Shown here piece after piece: positions 1-9,450 of a stretch of DNA of 64,000 nt (position 1 is its first letter; every line of letters starts with the position of its first letter). A model generated the notes under the pieces. The model was not told where the DNA came from. It worked only from the letters and a program-made list of their open reading frames with translations, and did not search any database. The translations under genes and the position numbers were made by a program. The stretch lies in IMG/VR virus record IMGVR_UViG_3300035511_000224; one strand, 5' to 3'. Source of the DNA: an uncultured virus (IMG/VR IMGVR_UViG_3300035511_000224) (Duplodnaviria > Heunggongvirae > Uroviricota > Caudoviricetes).

Positions 1-203
1 CCCTCTACAGCAGCCTGCGCCGCTGCAAGAAGTATCCTGAATATCAATCTCTTATCTCGATTTGGTATGCTATCTGTCGACAAAATAGCCGAAATAGATG
101 AATGATTGATATTTGATGGATTAATCCTCCACCGCAGCGGCGGCCGCTGCGTATGAGCGCCTATAAAGAGGGACTTAGGGATTTGTGGACAACACTATGG
201 TTT

Positions 204-650
204 TTATGGCCTGTTGTTTTGATGTTTTATTACTGCAACCAGGTAGTAGTAGAGGTCCACCGATTGTTCTGTGCTGAAGCATAGTGCCCAATCTTCGAAG
301 GTCTTCTCCAAACATGTTGCAGGATCGAGATAATCACTTTCCCAAAGGTTTGCGATTTCCGCATACACATCTTCCGGATCGTTTCCCAGTGCGTCAACGA
401 CCTCGGTGGGGTATTCGTTTATCAGTTCATTTTGGAAGTCGCAGAACTCGCTTCCCGGATTGAGGAGCAGAAATTCAAATGCTGCCGCTTTTAGATCCTC
501 CATCGAAGTATCTTCTTCGTCGAGGAAATAATCATCGTTTTCCATGTAATCAAAACCATCTTCTTCCATATCTTTTGTTTTGAATGCCACTAGGAAATGA
601 ATAAAAGCCCGTGTAGGCATTTTCTCACCTCTTGTGGTGTAGTTGTTCAT
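204..650 (-). CDS. hypothetical acidic protein (lysogeny-side accessory gene)
   Basis: 148-aa ORF, strongly D/E-rich, co-oriented downstream of the repressor; true start may be a later Met. Confidence 0.6.
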   Translation of the reverse strand: MNNYTTRGEKMPTRAFIHFLVAFKTKDMEEDGFDYMENDDYFLDEEDTSMEDLKAAAFEFLLLNPGSEFCDFQNELINEYPTEVVDALGNDPEDVYAEIANLWESDYLDPATCLEKTFEDWALCFSTEQSVDLYYYLVAVIKHQNNRP

Positions 651-678
651 CTGAAAATTTTTAAGCCGTTAGAGAGGC

Positions 679-990
679 TTACATCAATTCTTCATCCTTG
701 TGCTTTATACGTTGATAGCTTTCCCAACTAATACCAAGCTTTATGTTGGCATCTTTAAAAACAGGATCCTTGTGCCATCTGTATGCAGTTATTGCAACTC
801 TCCAAAGTCCGTTAAGTATCATAAAAACCCACAGCAAGAATGCCATACCTAACACGTTTGTCCATGATGGCTTGTTTACTATTGACACGAGATGAAGTAG
901 ATACATTAATCCGCCGAATAGAATTGCAATGATAATGCTTAAAACGGCGAAAATTATCAAAGAAACCATGAAATGTAGTAGGTATTTCAT
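679..990 (-). CDS. membrane protein with two predicted TM helices (possible superinfection-exclusion/moron gene)
   Basis: two long hydrophobic segments; start overlaps the repressor stop (ATGA coupling). Confidence 0.6.
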   Translation of the reverse strand: MKYLLHFMVSLIIFAVLSIIIAILFGGLMYLLHLVSIVNKPSWTNVLGMAFLLWVFMILNGLWRVAITAYRWHKDPVFKDANIKLGISWESYQRIKHKDEELM

Positions 991-1400
991 TTCTTCTCGA
1001 GTAACGATATTAATCTGTCAATCTGTTCTTGCGCTTTCTGCACCATCATGCGTTGTGCGCTAATCTCGTCAATAGCCTTCAGAAGGGCTGCGTCGTAGTT
1101 GTTGACTGTGACGTTGCCGGTCTGAGTGAAGTTCTCTCCTCCATGCGTGTTCTGAGTGTACGTTGGACGTAACATCTCTCCCTCTCCTGTCATAAGCCAA
1201 TCGGTGGAAATGAATGGAAAAGCCTTTGCAATATTGCCAAACATATTGTTTGGAATTGAAAGCTTGTCATTCATGATTTGTGAGACAGTTGATTTGTCGG
1301 AACTGATTCTTTCAGTAAAATCCTGCTGATTGCGAACATATCTCTGTTCTTTCAAGTATGCAATCATCTCTTTAAATCGCTTATTATCAATCATATACAA
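987..1400 (-). CDS. phage CI-like repressor, XRE-family HTH
   Basis: HTH-like N-terminus (NQQDFTERISSDKSTVSQIMN) followed by ISTDWLMTGEGEM, typical of Bacteroidales phage repressors; divergent from the early operon. Confidence 0.8.
   Translation of the reverse strand: MYMIDNKRFKEMIAYLKEQRYVRNQQDFTERISSDKSTVSQIMNDKLSIPNNMFGNIAKAFPFISTDWLMTGEGEMLRPTYTQNTHGGENFTQTGNVTVNNYDAALLKAIDEISAQRMMVQKAQEQIDRLISLLEKK
1239..1251. promoter_or_regulatory. putative repressor operator (AAAC-N5-GTTT) inside cI
   Basis: AAACATATTGTTT, same palindrome as the two sites at 1442 and 1463. Confidence 0.45.
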
Positions 1401-1441
1401 AATATAGATTTTAAATTAACAATAATTAACCCGATATTTCT

Positions 1442-1475
1442 AAACGTATTGTTTGTTAATACAAACATTCTGTTT
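1442..1475. promoter_or_regulatory. two tandem putative operators AAAC-N5-GTTT (1442-1454, 1463-1475)
   Basis: AAACGTATTGTTT and AAACATTCTGTTT, 21 bp apart, overlapping the early promoter. Confidence 0.6.
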
Positions 1476-1482
1476 ATATTTG
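1452..1482 (+). promoter_or_regulatory. early lytic promoter (Bacteroidetes housekeeping consensus)
   Basis: TTTG (1452-1455)-N19-TATATTTG (1475-1482), matches -33/-7 consensus TTTG...TAnnTTTG. Confidence 0.75.
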
Positions 1483-1530
1483 CAACGTGATTTCAATGTC
1501 GTAGCGACGCAACTCGCTAAGGCTAAGGCA

Positions 1531-1538
1531 CAAAGTTA
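1531..1538 (-). promoter_or_regulatory. -7 element of leftward (repressor) promoter
   Basis: TAACTTTG on the minus strand pointing toward cI, facing the early promoter. Confidence 0.55.
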
Positions 1539-1564
1539 ATAAAAAATTACTGATTTAAACAAGT

Positions 1565-1786
1565 ATGATGAAAGAAAATGACTACCTCGTAAAAAAAGTT
1601 TCAATAACTGAAACTTTGAAACGGATTCCTGTTGGGACGCCGGTGCTTTTCGATTGTCGAGAAGCAGGTCCAATGGGGTCAGCGAAATCAGCTATTTGCA
1701 GGCTCAACTCTGCTGCTGGCAAGGACGTCTACACCATCACGAGTGAAGACAATGGAGCTACGTATAAAATTTTACGAAAAGAATAA
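1565..1786 (+). CDS. small early protein (Cro position)
   Basis: first ORF after the early promoter, 73 aa; function by position only. Confidence 0.6.
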   Translation: MMKENDYLVKKVSITETLKRIPVGTPVLFDCREAGPMGSAKSAICRLNSAAGKDVYTITSEDNGATYKILRKE

Positions 1787-1805
1787 CCACTAAAAAGTAT
1801 CAATC

Positions 1806-2045
1806 ATGAAAAAAGCAACAATCATCATCACAATCGCAATGGCCATGTTGATGGCCGGATGTAAGTCAAACAAATTCGCTGTTGTCTCTGACAATGAACG
1901 TAGTGAAATCTCTTGGAATGCGTTCTGTGACGCTAACGGATATGACCGCAACAATAACAGCACCGTCGATGAATACCTTGACGCCTGGTGCGGTTCCGTA
2001 GCCGAGGAAGAAGCATTAATCAAAGCTGGTGTTGAACCTTTCTAA
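1806..2045 (+). CDS. small lipoprotein
   Basis: MKK + hydrophobic stretch + LMAGC lipobox. Confidence 0.7.
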   Translation: MKKATIIITIAMAMLMAGCKSNKFAVVSDNERSEISWNAFCDANGYDRNNNSTVDEYLDAWCGSVAEEEALIKAGVEPF

Positions 2046-2056
2046 AAACAGTTATT

Positions 2057-2323
2057 ATGAAAAAGTTTGTATCTATTATCAGAATCGCCATTCTGTTCGT
2101 TGTGTTCACGTTCGCCATTGTACTCATCCTCGGAGAGGAAACCGGTAATGGCATGTTTGGATTCTTCCAGATAATCATCGACAAGGCTTTGGGCCTGGCT
2201 GCCTTCTGGCTCTTCGTAAAGCTCTACAAGCATTGGCACAATATTGACCCTTGGTTGATGGCATACGAGAAGTTTTGCAGTGAGATTAAGGATGCCCACA
2301 GTCAATTGAATGTCGAGGATTAA
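2057..2323 (+). CDS. small membrane protein
   Basis: two hydrophobic segments, tight operon spacing. Confidence 0.65.
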   Translation: MKKFVSIIRIAILFVVFTFAIVLILGEETGNGMFGFFQIIIDKALGLAAFWLFVKLYKHWHNIDPWLMAYEKFCSEIKDAHSQLNVED

Positions 2324-2326
2324 GCT

Positions 2327-2608
2327 ATGCTGAAAGAGACTCATATACAATTCTCTGACAAGCTCGTTAGCTATGATACATTCATGAATGATCTGTCGGC
2401 AAGAATCGCCAAGATGATGAAGAGTGATGCGGCGGATCCTGAATATGTAACACAGCGCGCGGCATACTCAATCTTTGGAAGGAAGAACATAGAACGTTGG
2501 AAACGCATAGGAAAAATAAAGCCTAGCAAAGGACCCGGCAAATATGCTTACAACATGGCTGAGTTGAGGCTTCTACAACGTACAGAACAAGATTACTTAA
2601 ATAAATGA
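2327..2608 (+). CDS. excisionase-like/MerR-type HTH DNA-binding protein
   Basis: YVTQRAAYSIFGRKNIERWKRIGKIKP pattern typical of Xis-like winged HTH. Confidence 0.6.
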   Translation: MLKETHIQFSDKLVSYDTFMNDLSARIAKMMKSDAADPEYVTQRAAYSIFGRKNIERWKRIGKIKPSKGPGKYAYNMAELRLLQRTEQDYLNK

Positions 2609-2614
2609 TTAACC

Positions 2615-2863
2615 ATGAATTACGCAATATATAAAACCGATGACGGGAAGCATGAACGAGTGATACATCGCTTCACTCAGGAGAGTTGCAAGCACCAGGC
2701 GAAACGTGCTGCCATGTTGAAACTTCAACAGATGTGGATGCGTATTGCGAGCCATCCGGACATCTTCCGCAATGCAACAGGATCTGAAACGGAGTTCTCG
2801 TATGACCATTACACACTCCCGGAGAAGTCGGATAGAATAAGATTCTTTATCGCAAAGTTATGA
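2615..2863 (+). CDS. hypothetical phage protein
   Basis: 82-aa ORF in operon with A-rich start context. Confidence 0.6.
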   Translation: MNYAIYKTDDGKHERVIHRFTQESCKHQAKRAAMLKLQQMWMRIASHPDIFRNATGSETEFSYDHYTLPEKSDRIRFFIAKL

Positions 2864-2869
2864 CGGTCC

Positions 2870-2940
2870 AGCCCTTTGGTGTAATGGTAGCACACAAGAT
2901 TTTGGGTCTTGCGGCGCAGGTTCGACTCCTGCAAGGGTTA
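2870..2940 (+). tRNA. tRNA-Gln (anticodon TTG)
   Basis: acceptor AGCCCTT/AAGGGTT, D-arm GTGTAATGGTAGCAC, anticodon stem CAAGA/TCTTG with loop TTTTGGG, T-arm GCAGG-TTCGACT-CCTGC; no encoded CCA. Confidence 0.85.
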
Positions 2941-2972
2941 CAAGTGGCGGAGATGCTACATGATTGATACCT

Positions 2973-3013
2973 GGAGGCTGCATTGTCAGCCAATGAGGTG
3001 CAGCCTCCTTTTT
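2973..3013 (+). terminator. intrinsic terminator after tRNA
   Basis: GGAGGCTGCA...TGCAGCCTCC 10-bp stem followed by TTTTT. Confidence 0.75.
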
Positions 3014-3059
3014 CAGTCATGAATCTCCCAGATGTTTAACCAAATAAATTATATCAATC

Positions 3060-3974
3060 ATGAGCAATCTTTTGTTGAAGGTTGAAGAAATCAACCAACT
3101 TAATCCGCTCGATATCGTTGAGCATCCAGTTGTGCGTGAAAGATTCACGCAGGTGTATGAAACCTTGTGGGGTAATGGAGAGGCTGCTTACCAACGTGAA
3201 AGTATCCACTTCAACAACATCCTTCGCGAAAAGGAAAATGGCAAGCTTCAGAAAGCTACGCCGTTCTCCATCTTCACTTCATTCATTGACCTGGCTGTCT
3301 GTGGACTGTCGCTCGAACCCGGTACACGTGCACTGGCTTATCTCATGGGCCGCAACATCAACACCGGAACGAGAGAAAACCCGCGTTGGGAAGGTCGTTG
3401 TGTGCTTACAGTATCAGCCTATGGCGAATTGGTAATGCGTAGTCGTGCCGGTCAGATCCGCCATGCAGACAACCCGATTCTGGTCTATGACAATGATGAG
3501 TTCTCATTCCGTGATGTGGATGGTCACAAGACGGTGTCTTACACCTGTAACCTTCCGCACGTGGGACACTCGATTGTTGCATGTTACCTCCGTATCACTC
3601 GTGCCGATGGTACAATTGACTATTCTGTGATGTATCCCGAAGATTGGTGCCGTCTTGCCGGCTATTCTCAGAAGAATAACAAGGGTAGAGCCAACGAGCT
3701 TTACGGCATGGACGAACACGGCATTGTGCACATTGATCCTGGATTCCTGATGGCCAAGTGTATCAAACATGCCTTCAAGAGTTATCCGAAAGTACGTATC
3801 GGTCGCGGCACCGAACTCCAGTCACAACAGGAGGATGAGCCTCAACTGTCAGACGATGAGATTTACGGCGTTGATATGGAAACCGGAGAATTGCACCAGG
3901 CGCCTCAGCCGTTCGGCAACAATGAACCTCCACAGGGTGTAAAAGTTGATGCGAATGAGGACGAAGGTTTCTAA
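3060..3974 (+). CDS. recT: RecT-family single-strand annealing recombinase
   Basis: SIFTSFIDLAVCGLSLEP...AYL, SAYGEL, MAKCIKHAFKSYP motifs and acidic C-terminal tail. Confidence 0.8.
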   Translation: MSNLLLKVEEINQLNPLDIVEHPVVRERFTQVYETLWGNGEAAYQRESIHFNNILREKENGKLQKATPFSIFTSFIDLAVCGLSLEPGTRALAYLMGRNINTGTRENPRWEGRCVLTVSAYGELVMRSRAGQIRHADNPILVYDNDEFSFRDVDGHKTVSYTCNLPHVGHSIVACYLRITRADGTIDYSVMYPEDWCRLAGYSQKNNKGRANELYGMDEHGIVHIDPGFLMAKCIKHAFKSYPKVRIGRGTELQSQQEDEPQLSDDEIYGVDMETGELHQAPQPFGNNEPPQGVKVDANEDEGF

Positions 3975-4098
3975 GAAAAAGCCGTGCAGTGGATGTCCGC
4001 TCGCGCGTAACACCATCAACGGACTCTACTGCACACGTCTAGGTATCATGACAGAATATTCTAATACAAAACCGTGTAACCCTTAAACAAAATCAATC

Positions 4099-5304
4099 AT
4101 GGCAGATAATCTCCAAGCTTTAACCATTTTTGAGCCGAAGAACGTGCAGACACTTGCCGAACTCGGCCCACAGTCCTACAAGGACAACCAATTGAGCCAC
4201 AACCGTTGCCTCGAGGCCGGTAAACAGCTCCTTGAACGCGTACAACGTGAAGGCATGTCTGATACACTTGATATGGACATTGCCAAATTCATTGAGAAGT
4301 CTAAAGTGACGCTCAAAAAGATGAATAGCCGGCGCACACCTGTAACACAACTGTTCGACCAGATTCGTAAGGCCTACACCTCCATGGAGAACGACGTGGA
4401 TCCTGCGAAAGCTTCTACCATTCCTTGTCAGCTCCAGGATATTCGTAATGAATATGCCAGGAAGAAACATGAAGAGGAGGAACTTCGTCGACGTGAAGAG
4501 GCTGCACGCATGGCAAGAGAGGCGGCGAAGGTGCGTTACCGTACTGACGTTGAAGAAGACTATGCGGTTCAGTTCAATTCCGTTGTCAACAAGAGCATCA
4601 ATGACCTCACCGACATGGATAAGCAAATCACGCTCGACAACTACGAAATTATCTATGACGGTATCAAGAATTTCAAGAGCGAACTTCCTGACGGCTGGTT
4701 CCAGTCTGTAACAAGTGGTGCTCATCGTCCTGCCGAACTTTCTCCGGAAGAATGCCGTGCTATCCAGGCCAACGTGATGGCAGGTCTCGTCAATCGCTTC
4801 AAGGAACAATTTGCCTTCGAGGTGCAAAGCACTCGTGATGATATTCTTGACCGTATGCCTTCCAAGAAGATTGAACTGCAACGAATGGTCAAAGCCTCAG
4901 CCGAGGAAGCGGCTAGAATCAAAGCAGAAATGGAAGCCAAGGAACGTGCTGAGGCTGCGCGCAAGGAACAAGAGCGCATGGAGAAGGAGAGACGGGAAGC
5001 AGAAGCGGCCAAGCTGGCTAACCAGAAACAGGAGATGGATAATCTCTTTGGAATGCAGATGACTGCGCCTGCCGACTATCAACCAAAAACACAGGTAAAG
5101 AAGAAAGTGGTTGTTCAGTCTCCTGAAGATATTATGGCTATTGTTGCCTTCTGGTGGTCACAAGAAGGATGTGGTAAGACTGTAGCAGAACTCAGTAAGG
5201 AGTTTAAGAAGCAGATTACCTACGCCAACACAGCGGCCAACAGTAAAGATAACCCTGTATTCATTTCCAATCTTCGTTATGAGGATGATGTAAAAGCAAA
5301 ATAG
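4099..5304 (+). CDS. coiled-coil phage protein in recombination module
   Basis: 401 aa, E/K/A/R-rich helical, lies between recT and the nuclease. Confidence 0.7.
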   Translation: MADNLQALTIFEPKNVQTLAELGPQSYKDNQLSHNRCLEAGKQLLERVQREGMSDTLDMDIAKFIEKSKVTLKKMNSRRTPVTQLFDQIRKAYTSMENDVDPAKASTIPCQLQDIRNEYARKKHEEEELRRREEAARMAREAAKVRYRTDVEEDYAVQFNSVVNKSINDLTDMDKQITLDNYEIIYDGIKNFKSELPDGWFQSVTSGAHRPAELSPEECRAIQANVMAGLVNRFKEQFAFEVQSTRDDILDRMPSKKIELQRMVKASAEEAARIKAEMEAKERAEAARKEQERMEKERREAEAAKLANQKQEMDNLFGMQMTAPADYQPKTQVKKKVVVQSPEDIMAIVAFWWSQEGCGKTVAELSKEFKKQITYANTAANSKDNPVFISNLRYEDDVKAK

Positions 5305-5305
5305 T

Positions 5306-5965
5306 ATGAGCCACAATCCGGATACATATTACAGCCGTACTGAGGTTAGTAACTCTGACCTCACGGCTTTAAAAGATCTCCTCCATCCGGTGCCTATGCC
5401 TCCGGGGGTCAGGGAGAGGGCGTTCCGCTTTGGATCGCTCGTCGATGCCATCATCACGGAACCGGATAGAGTGAATTATTATCAGCTTACTGTGGACGAT
5501 GAGCAATACACCGACGATGAGTTTCGACATGCAAAGGAGATGTACCGCTCCCTGCGCATGACTGCAAGACATGATTCATTTCTCGCAAAGGTGTTGGACG
5601 AAGCGGAGACTCAATGGTTCATGGTCAACCAAGCACAACGATTTGAGTATGGTAGTTTTCCATTCACACTCGATACCCGGTGCAAATGGGACTGGTGGTT
5701 GCCTAAGTTCAACTTTGGCGGGGACCTCAAAACCTGTGCTGCGACCACTCAAAGAGAATTTGATGATGCCATTGATTTCTTTGATTGGGACCGCTCGCGC
5801 GCCTGGTACATGGATGTCGCACATTCCGATTGCGATTTCATCTATGCTATCAGCAAAAAGAATTGCAACGTGTTCACCACTCGCATTCGCCGTGATGACC
5901 CGGTGTATCTCCGTGGACGTGATAAGTATCTAGAGTTAGCATTTCAATATTGGTGTCTGGTATGA
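5306..5965 (+). CDS. PD-(D/E)XK exonuclease (RecE/ExoVIII-like partner of RecT)
   Basis: SNSDL, FGSLVDA, RCKWD, GGDLKT motifs. Confidence 0.75.
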   Translation: MSHNPDTYYSRTEVSNSDLTALKDLLHPVPMPPGVRERAFRFGSLVDAIITEPDRVNYYQLTVDDEQYTDDEFRHAKEMYRSLRMTARHDSFLAKVLDEAETQWFMVNQAQRFEYGSFPFTLDTRCKWDWWLPKFNFGGDLKTCAATTQREFDDAIDFFDWDRSRAWYMDVAHSDCDFIYAISKKNCNVFTTRIRRDDPVYLRGRDKYLELAFQYWCLV

Positions 5966-7371
5966 AAGAATTGAAACATAATCTTAGAGTGGAGCCTTAC
6001 GAATATCAGAAGGAAGGTATCTTGTTCGGACTTGACCGGCGCCGCATATTGATTGGCGATGAACCCGGTCTTGGTAAGACGTTACAGTCCATCGGTATCG
6101 TTGACACAGCAGGTGCTTATCCATGCCTTGTGATTTGTCCTTCTTCACTCAAGATTAATTGGCAGCGTGAGTTTGAGAAATTCACCAGCCGCAAAGCACT
6201 CGTTCTGGACAATGCCACACGTACTTCATGGCCCTATCTGCTTGGCATGGGCATGTTCAATGTGGCGATTGTCAACTATGAGAGCCTTAAGAAGTTCTTC
6301 GTCTGGGACATCAAGGGTGGTAAGACCTTCATGCTGAAGGATGTTGTGTTCAATCGGGATATAAACATCTTCAAGTCTGTAATCATGGACGAGTCTCACC
6401 GGCTTAAGGATCCTACGGCGCAACAAACCATGTTCACACGTGGTATCGTTGAGGGAAAGGAATGGAGAATACTGCTCTCCGGAACACCGGTTGTCAATCA
6501 TGCACAAGACCTCGTGGCACAGTTGGCCATCATGGGGCGTTTGGTTTCTGACTTCGGTGGCCGTGGTAAGTTCATTGCTGAGTATGGCGACAACGAGAAC
6601 CTTTCCGAACTGTCCGACAAGTTGTATTCCTCGTGCATGATACGTCGCGAAAAGTCGAAGGTGCTTACCCAGCTCCCGGACAAACAGCGTACCGACCTCC
6701 ATGTGGAAATATCCAACCGTGAAGAGTATGACGCCGCTGCCACTGACCTCGCTGCTTATCTGCGTGAATACATCGGTTGCACTGACCGTGAGATTCGTCG
6801 CAAGATGCGTATGAAAGCGCTCGTGGAGTTTATGACGCTTCGCTCACTGGCCTCTAAGGGGAAAGTGAAACAGGCTACGGACTTCATACGCAACTTCCTG
6901 GCGAATGGTAAACCGTTGATTGTGTTCTGCTCTCTGAAGGAGATTGTCAAGGAGTTGCAGAAACAGTTCCCGGATGCCGTCCGTGTGACAGGCGATGACA
7001 GCATGCAAGAGAAACAGGCCTCTGTTGATGCATTTCAGTCCGGACAGGCACAATTGATCATCTGCTCCATCAAAGCTGCCGGTGTGGGACTGACACTCAC
7101 CGCATCATCCAACGTGGCTTTTGTGGAGTTCCCTTGGACCTATGCCGACTGCTGTCAGTGCGAGGATCGTGCTCACCGCATTGGGCAAAAGGATAATGTG
7201 AATTGCTATTATCTTATCGGTCGTAACACCATAGACCCGGTGTTATACCGCATCATCCATAAGAAGCGAAGCATCGCCAATCAGATTATGGCTTCTGAGG
7301 ATGATATTCCTACCGATGAGATGTATTTTGATGAACTTGTAAACAACTTCCTCAACGATGATGGTATATGA
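5962..7371 (+). CDS. SNF2-family DEAD/H helicase
   Basis: DEPGLGKT (Walker A), MDESH, LSGTP, QCEDRAHRIGQ; ATG at 5962 overlaps the previous stop. Confidence 0.9.
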   Translation: MKELKHNLRVEPYEYQKEGILFGLDRRRILIGDEPGLGKTLQSIGIVDTAGAYPCLVICPSSLKINWQREFEKFTSRKALVLDNATRTSWPYLLGMGMFNVAIVNYESLKKFFVWDIKGGKTFMLKDVVFNRDINIFKSVIMDESHRLKDPTAQQTMFTRGIVEGKEWRILLSGTPVVNHAQDLVAQLAIMGRLVSDFGGRGKFIAEYGDNENLSELSDKLYSSCMIRREKSKVLTQLPDKQRTDLHVEISNREEYDAAATDLAAYLREYIGCTDREIRRKMRMKALVEFMTLRSLASKGKVKQATDFIRNFLANGKPLIVFCSLKEIVKELQKQFPDAVRVTGDDSMQEKQASVDAFQSGQAQLIICSIKAAGVGLTLTASSNVAFVEFPWTYADCCQCEDRAHRIGQKDNVNCYYLIGRNTIDPVLYRIIHKKRSIANQIMASEDDIPTDEMYFDELVNNFLNDDGI

Positions 7372-7574
7372 AGTCAATTGCAAACTCAGATTACTCTCTG
7401 CTGATAGAAAAGTTACCTATTCTGCTCCAACGAGCAAAAGGAAATATCCAGCAGGACGATCTAAAAGCTATCAACGCCCATCGGCGTCTGACGCTATTAT
7501 TAAAACGGCTAATAAAGCAACAACTAAAAAATAAAGAAAATGACAAAGAAAGAAATTGCAGCTGCTCTATGTGA
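7368..7574 (+). CDS. hypothetical protein
   Basis: ATGA-coupled to the helicase. Confidence 0.5.
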   Translation: MKSIANSDYSLLIEKLPILLQRAKGNIQQDDLKAINAHRRLTLLLKRLIKQQLKNKENDKERNCSCSM

Positions 7575-7830
7575 GCGTATTCCGGAACTCCAGAAAGCTG
7601 TTGCCCTCCGCACGGTTGAGGGCGTGACTGAGATTATCGCCGGCGCTTTGGCGAATGGCGAGAGTGTACACTTCCGTGGCTTCGGTGCCTTGGAACCAAA
7701 GATGGTAAAGGAGAAGAAGGCTCGTAACATCAACACAGGCGATGTGATTACCGTCCCTGCTACTCGTACAGTGAGATTCCGTATTTACACACAACTTAAA
7801 AATCGTATCAACAATGGAACAGTGGATTGA
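7540..7830 (+). CDS. HU/IHF-family DNA-binding protein
   Basis: MTKKEI...GESVHFRGFG...ARNINTG...VPA signature. Confidence 0.9.
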   Translation: MTKKEIAAALCERIPELQKAVALRTVEGVTEIIAGALANGESVHFRGFGALEPKMVKEKKARNINTGDVITVPATRTVRFRIYTQLKNRINNGTVD

Positions 7831-8260
7831 AGTGAAAGTACGTTCTGAGAAAATGACGGAAACAGGAAAAACAGTGAAAGTAACAGAACCTTATCTCGTG
7901 GATGCACTCTCTTGCACCGAGGCCGAGGCTCGTGTTATCGAAGAGGTGTCACCGTTAATCAGCGGTGAGTTCAACGTTCTCAACGTCGGCAAGACAAAAA
8001 TCTCCGAGATCTTCTGGAATGAGAGTGCCGATAAGTTCTACAAGGTAAAAGTAAACTTCCTCACCATTGATGAGAAGAGCGGCGCCGATAAGCGTTCAGC
8101 GTCTTACATCCTGGTGCAGGCATCTACCTTCGACGACGCGGTTGCTGCGTTCCATAAAGGAATGAAAGGTACCATGGCCGACTATGAGATTGAGTCGATT
8201 GCCGAGACTAAGATTATTGATGTGTACAAATACAAAGCAGGAGATTCAAATGACAATTGA
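7814..8260 (+). CDS. DUF4494-like protein
   Basis: EPYLVDALSCTEAEAR...DYEIESIAETKIIDVY, recognised Bacteroidetes family pattern. Confidence 0.75.
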   Translation: MEQWIEVKVRSEKMTETGKTVKVTEPYLVDALSCTEAEARVIEEVSPLISGEFNVLNVGKTKISEIFWNESADKFYKVKVNFLTIDEKSGADKRSASYILVQASTFDDAVAAFHKGMKGTMADYEIESIAETKIIDVYKYKAGDSNDN

Positions 8261-8612
8261 CGAATATAAGGCAATGCTCGCTGCACCTGTCAAGAAGAGC
8301 AAGTATGGTGCGGTAAAGTCCGGCGGTTACGACTCAAAGAAGGAACACAGTCGCGCCATTGCACTGAAGCAGATGCAGCGGGCCGGTCTTATATCCAATC
8401 TTCGTGAACAAGTGAAGTATGTGCTCATTCCTACCCAACGAGATGACCAAGGGAATCTCCTGGAGAAGGAATGCTCCTATCGAGCTGATTTCGTCTATGA
8501 CAAGGACGGCAAAACAATTATCGAAGATACCAAAGGAATGCGAACTCCGGAATATATCATCAAACGAAAGTTGATGCTACACGTACACGGAATTATTATC
8601 AATGAGATTTAA
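8250..8612 (+). CDS. DUF1064-like endonuclease
   Basis: KSKY...DSKKE...YRADFVY...IEDTKG...YIIKRKLM motifs; start at MTIDEY. Confidence 0.8.
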   Translation: MTIDEYKAMLAAPVKKSKYGAVKSGGYDSKKEHSRAIALKQMQRAGLISNLREQVKYVLIPTQRDDQGNLLEKECSYRADFVYDKDGKTIIEDTKGMRTPEYIIKRKLMLHVHGIIINEI

Positions 8613-8631
8613 ACAATACCAATTACACATC

Positions 8632-9438
8632 ATGGCACGAATTGCTAAGTCGGGGCTTGAATATTTCCCCTTCGACATAGATTCCTTTCAAGATATTCGC
8701 ATACGCAAACTAATCAAGCGTCAAAGTGGCAAGGCTGTCACGGTATATGCTCTCCTGCTCTGTATGATCTACAAAGATGGGTACTACATGCAGTGGGATG
8801 AAGAGTTGCCTTTCATCTGCTCGGAACTTTCGGGCTTTGACGAGGCGTATATATCGGAAGTCATTAATACCTGCTTGGCGTTGGGGTTGTTTCACAAAGA
8901 ATTGTTCGAGACAGAACACGTGCTAACCTCTAAAGGCATACAGACTCGCTACTGTAACATTCAACGCATGAACAAGCGCATGAGCCGTATTGATCGATAC
9001 TCTCTGATAACAACCGAACGAAAAACTTCTGCTCCTGAACAAAAGGAGCCTCAACCTCAAGCTCAACCCATAGTAACGCCTAAACCGGAGTTGCCTCGTG
9101 TTGAGGTTGCGGCAAGCAACAACAACCAAAAGTGGCTCGAAGAGTTCTTTGGTGACGGGAAAAAAGAAAACCTCATGTTGCTATGTAAGAACTTTGGCTT
9201 GGGACCGGATGACATTCAACAGCTACACACGTTGGCTGATGCTGTTATCTCTGAATGGGAGCTGTCTAACACTCTGCACCAGTCATATAGTGATTGGTCG
9301 CGGCATCTTATCTCTACCATGAGAATCAAGAATCGCGATGCAAAGATCTCGGTTACATCAAAAAATAATTCTAACAACCAACAACCAACATCCTCCGATT
9401 ACACCTTCAATGGTGGCTTTGGTGGAATGGATGTCTAA
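8632..9438 (+). CDS. replication initiator, DUF4373 (Lin1244/Lin1753-like) N-terminal domain
   Basis: GLEYFPFD...IRKL...IYKDGYY...LTSKGIQTRY; followed by a loader ATPase. Confidence 0.75.
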   Translation: MARIAKSGLEYFPFDIDSFQDIRIRKLIKRQSGKAVTVYALLLCMIYKDGYYMQWDEELPFICSELSGFDEAYISEVINTCLALGLFHKELFETEHVLTSKGIQTRYCNIQRMNKRMSRIDRYSLITTERKTSAPEQKEPQPQAQPIVTPKPELPRVEVAASNNNQKWLEEFFGDGKKENLMLLCKNFGLGPDDIQQLHTLADAVISEWELSNTLHQSYSDWSRHLISTMRIKNRDAKISVTSKNNSNNQQPTSSDYTFNGGFGGMDV

Positions 9439-9450
9439 TACTTATCAATC

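Noticed and set aside
1..203. Possible host gene end (frame 1, stop at 103-105), GC hairpin at 135-151 and attL
   Set aside because: Too short to assign, and no matching att repeat is visible because the other prophage end lies beyond the window
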